From assembly GCA_964540795.1 (NCBI GenBank), contig CAZINX010000004.1, positions 2,041 through 66,040 of the forward strand: a DNA stretch of 64,000 nt, in the 5' to 3' direction. This DNA is from an uncultured Hyphomicrobiaceae bacterium (GTDB lineage Bacteria; Pseudomonadota; Alphaproteobacteria; Rhizobiales; Rhodomicrobiaceae). Shown piece by piece: positions 61,949 through 64,000 of this stretch. Under the pieces are notes generated by a model. The model was not told the origin of the DNA. It searched no databases and worked only from the letters and a program-made list of their open reading frames with translations. The first letter of the stretch is position 1, and each line of letters starts with the position of its first letter. The position numbers and the translations under genes were made by a program.

Positions 61949-63055
61949 TCACCGGAACGTCTTGCGCGGGTCGAGCGCGTCGCGCACCGCCTCGCCAATG
62001 AAGATCAGCAGGCTGAGCATGATCGCGATGACCATGAACGCGGTGATGCCGAGCCACGGCGCCTGCAGGTTGTTCTTGCCCTGCGCCAGCAATTCGCCCA
62101 GCGACGGCGAGCCGGGCGGCAGACCGAACCCAAGGAAGTCGAGCGAGGTCAGCGTCGTGATCGAGGCGTTCAGCAGAAACGGCATGAAGGTGATCGTCGC
62201 CACCATCGCGTTTGGCAGCAGGTGCTTGAACATGATTTTGCCGTCGCTCAGGCCCAGCGCCCGCGCCGCGTGGATGTACTCGAAATTGCGTCCTCGAAGG
62301 AACTCCGCGCGCACCACGCCCACGAGCGCGACCCAGCTGAACAACAGCAATATCCCGAGCAGTATCCAGAAATTCGGCTCGATCACCGCCGCGATGATGA
62401 TGAGCAGGTATAGAGTCGGGATCGCCTGCCAGACCTCGATGACGCGCTGGAAAATCAGGTCGGTCCAGCCGCCGAAATAGCCCTGCACCGCGCCCGCCGC
62501 GATGCCGATCGCCGATGAGAGGATGGTCAGCGTCAGCCCGAACAGCACCGATATACGGAAGCCGTAGATGACCCGGGCGAGCACGTCGCGGCCCTGGTCG
62601 TCGGTGCCGAGCATGTTCTCCGATGACGGCGGCGCGGGCGCGGGCACCGGCAGGTCGTAGTTGATCGTCTCGTAGCTGTAGCGGATCGGCGGCCAGATCA
62701 TCCAGCCGCCGCCTTCCTGAATCAGCTCCTGCACATAAGGGTCGCGGTATTCGGCCTCAGTGGCGAATTCGCCGCCAAACGCCGTCTCCGGGTAAAAGTT
62801 GAAGATCGGCGTATAGTACCCGCCCTGGTACTGGATCAGGATCGGCTTGTCGTTGGCGATGAACTCCGCGAACAGCGAGACGATGAAGAGGATCAGGAAA
62901 ATCCACAGGCTCCAGAAGCCGCGCCTGTTCGCCTTGAAGTTGTTCCAGCGGCGCTTGTTCAGAGGCGACAGCTCGAACCAGCGGCGTCGTGGCGGAACGG
63001 CCGCCCCAGCCTCGATGTAGCCTTCGGGTTCGAAATGGCTGACCTTCTGTTCCAT
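61949..63055 (-). CDS. yejE: peptide/microcin-type ABC permease (YejE-like)
   Basis: 368 aa. It is a BPD-type permease containing GTDDQGRDVLARVIYG. Confidence 0.85.
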   Translation of the reverse strand: MEQKVSHFEPEGYIEAGAAVPPRRRWFELSPLNKRRWNNFKANRRGFWSLWIFLILFIVSLFAEFIANDKPILIQYQGGYYTPIFNFYPETAFGGEFATEAEYRDPYVQELIQEGGGWMIWPPIRYSYETINYDLPVPAPAPPSSENMLGTDDQGRDVLARVIYGFRISVLFGLTLTILSSAIGIAAGAVQGYFGGWTDLIFQRVIEVWQAIPTLYLLIIIAAVIEPNFWILLGILLLFSWVALVGVVRAEFLRGRNFEYIHAARALGLSDGKIMFKHLLPNAMVATITFMPFLLNASITTLTSLDFLGFGLPPGSPSLGELLAQGKNNLQAPWLGITAFMVIAIMLSLLIFIGEAVRDALDPRKTFR

Positions 63056-63059
63056 GGCG

Positions 63060-64000
63060 TCAGACCTCCCGCGATTCGAAATCGATGCGCGGATCGATCC
63101 AGGTGTAGGTCAGATCCGAGATCAGATTGATGACCAGCCCCATCAGCGAAAAGATGTAAAGCGTGGCGAAGACCACCGGGTAATCACGGTTGACGATCGA
63201 CTCGAACGACAGCAGCCCCAGCCCGTCGAGCGAAAAGATCGTCTCGATCAGCAGCGAGCCGGTGAAGAACGCCGCGATGAATGCGCCGGGGAAGCCCGCC
63301 ACGATAATCAGCATCGCGTTGCGGAACACATGGCCGTAGAGCACGCGCGTCTCGCTCAGGCCCTTGGCACGCGCGGTCATCACATACTGCTTCTTGATCT
63401 CGTCGAGGAACGAGTTCTTGGTCAGGAACGTGGTGGTCGCGAACGCCGACAGCGACAGCGCGAGCAGCGGCAGCGTCAGGTGCCAGAAATAATCGACGAT
63501 CTTCATCGGCCAGCTCAACTCGTCCCAGTTGTCCGATGTCAGTCCGCGCAGCGGGAACCAGTCGAGGAAGGTGCCGCCGGCGAACAGCACGATCAGCAGC
63601 ACCGCGAACAGGAAGCCCGGAACCGCATAGGCGACCACCACCACGCTGCTGGTCCAGACGTCGAAGCTGGTGCCGTCCTTCACCGCCTTACGGATGCCCA
63701 GCGGGATCGAGATGCCGTAGGATATCAGCGTCATCCACAAGCCGAGCGAGATCGAGACGGGCAGCTTTTCGGCGATAAGCTCAAGGACGCCGACGTCGCG
63801 GAAGTAGCTCTCCCCGAAGTCGAAGGTGATGTAATTCCACATCATCATCACGAAGCGCTCGTGCGGCGGCTTGTCGAAGCCGAATTGCTTTTCGAGCTGC
63901 GCAATGAATTCCGGGTCGAGGCCCTGCGCGCCTCGGTATTGGGATGACCCCTCGCCAGCGCCCTCGCCGCCGGCGGCCGCGCCGAAATCGCCGGTCTCGG
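63060..64000 (-). CDS. yejB: peptide/microcin-type ABC permease (YejB-like), N-terminus beyond the right edge
   Basis: My translation upstream of the track ORF stays open to position 64000: ...[67 protein letters not shown]. Confidence 0.85.
   Translation of the reverse strand, partial: ETGDFGAAAGGEGAGEGSSQYRGAQGLDPEFIAQLEKQFGFDKPPHERFVMMMWNYITFDFGESYFRDVGVLELIAEKLPVSISLGLWMTLISYGISIPLGIRKAVKDGTSFDVWTSSVVVVAYAVPGFLFAVLLIVLFAGGTFLDWFPLRGLTSDNWDELSWPMKIVDYFWHLTLPLLALSLSAFATTTFLTKNSFLDEIKKQYVMTARAKGLSETRVLYGHVFRNAMLIIVAGFPGAFIAAFFTGSLLIETIFSLDGLGLLSFESIVNRDYPVVFATLYIFSLMGLVINLISDLTYTWIDPRIDFESREV

Overview
This is a 64-kb stretch of a high-GC alphaproteobacterial chromosome. Spot counts of 60-nt lines give about 65-70% G+C. 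The gene order purH / heparinase-II/III-like / rsmB-like / htpX / greA / carB, with rlmB next to tRNA-Tyr, matches what I remember from Hyphomicrobiales/Rhizobiales-type genomes; the species cannot be named from sequence alone. All homology calls come from motif recognition by eye, and no searches were run. I call 55 protein genes, 3 tRNAs and several repeat or hairpin elements. Left to right: (1) a TPR protein (partial) and an 0.8-kb divergent intergenic region packed with REP-like mosaic repeats; (2) an enoyl-CoA hydratase and a form-II aerobic CO-dehydrogenase-like cluster, coxS-coxL(AYRGAGR)-coxM-coxD-coxE plus a two-gene XdhC; (3) a CPBP protease, tRNA-Arg(CCU), a secreted thermonuclease, a C26 amidotransferase and a NaChBac-type sodium channel; (4) thyA-folA; (5) a divergent ectoine-like catabolic unit (class-III aminotransferase, MHS transporter with a large insert, DoeA-like M24 hydrolase, DoeB-like deacylase), then pirin and DUF427; (6) DedA and a LIV-type ABC importer; (7) Usp, an alpha/beta hydrolase, an NAD(P)-binding reductase, DUF4149 and a photolyase-related protein that starts directly in the FAD domain; (8) the main anomaly, a 2.6-kb AT-rich islet (32-42% G+C) bracketed by a 153-bp direct repeat carrying a complete tRNA-Tyr(GUA). 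The islet holds only a GT-B glycosyltransferase (with an in-frame G9 tract) and a PhyH-like Fe(II)/2OG oxygenase, and no integrase; (9) rlmB, three small secreted proteins, the 1618-aa NAD-glutamate dehydrogenase translationally coupled to a UMF1/Atg22-like MFS; (10) core genes purH to carB; (11) a Kef-type antiporter, then a second accessory-looking patch: a polytopic patatin-like phospholipase, a small Cys-containing secreted protein and a divergent cNMP-binding/CPBP-protease fusion; (12) yejFEB (partial). The best candidates for something undescribed are the tRNA-Tyr-bracketed GT/oxygenase islet and the patatin / cNMP-CPBP patch. Neither can be assigned a function from sequence alone.
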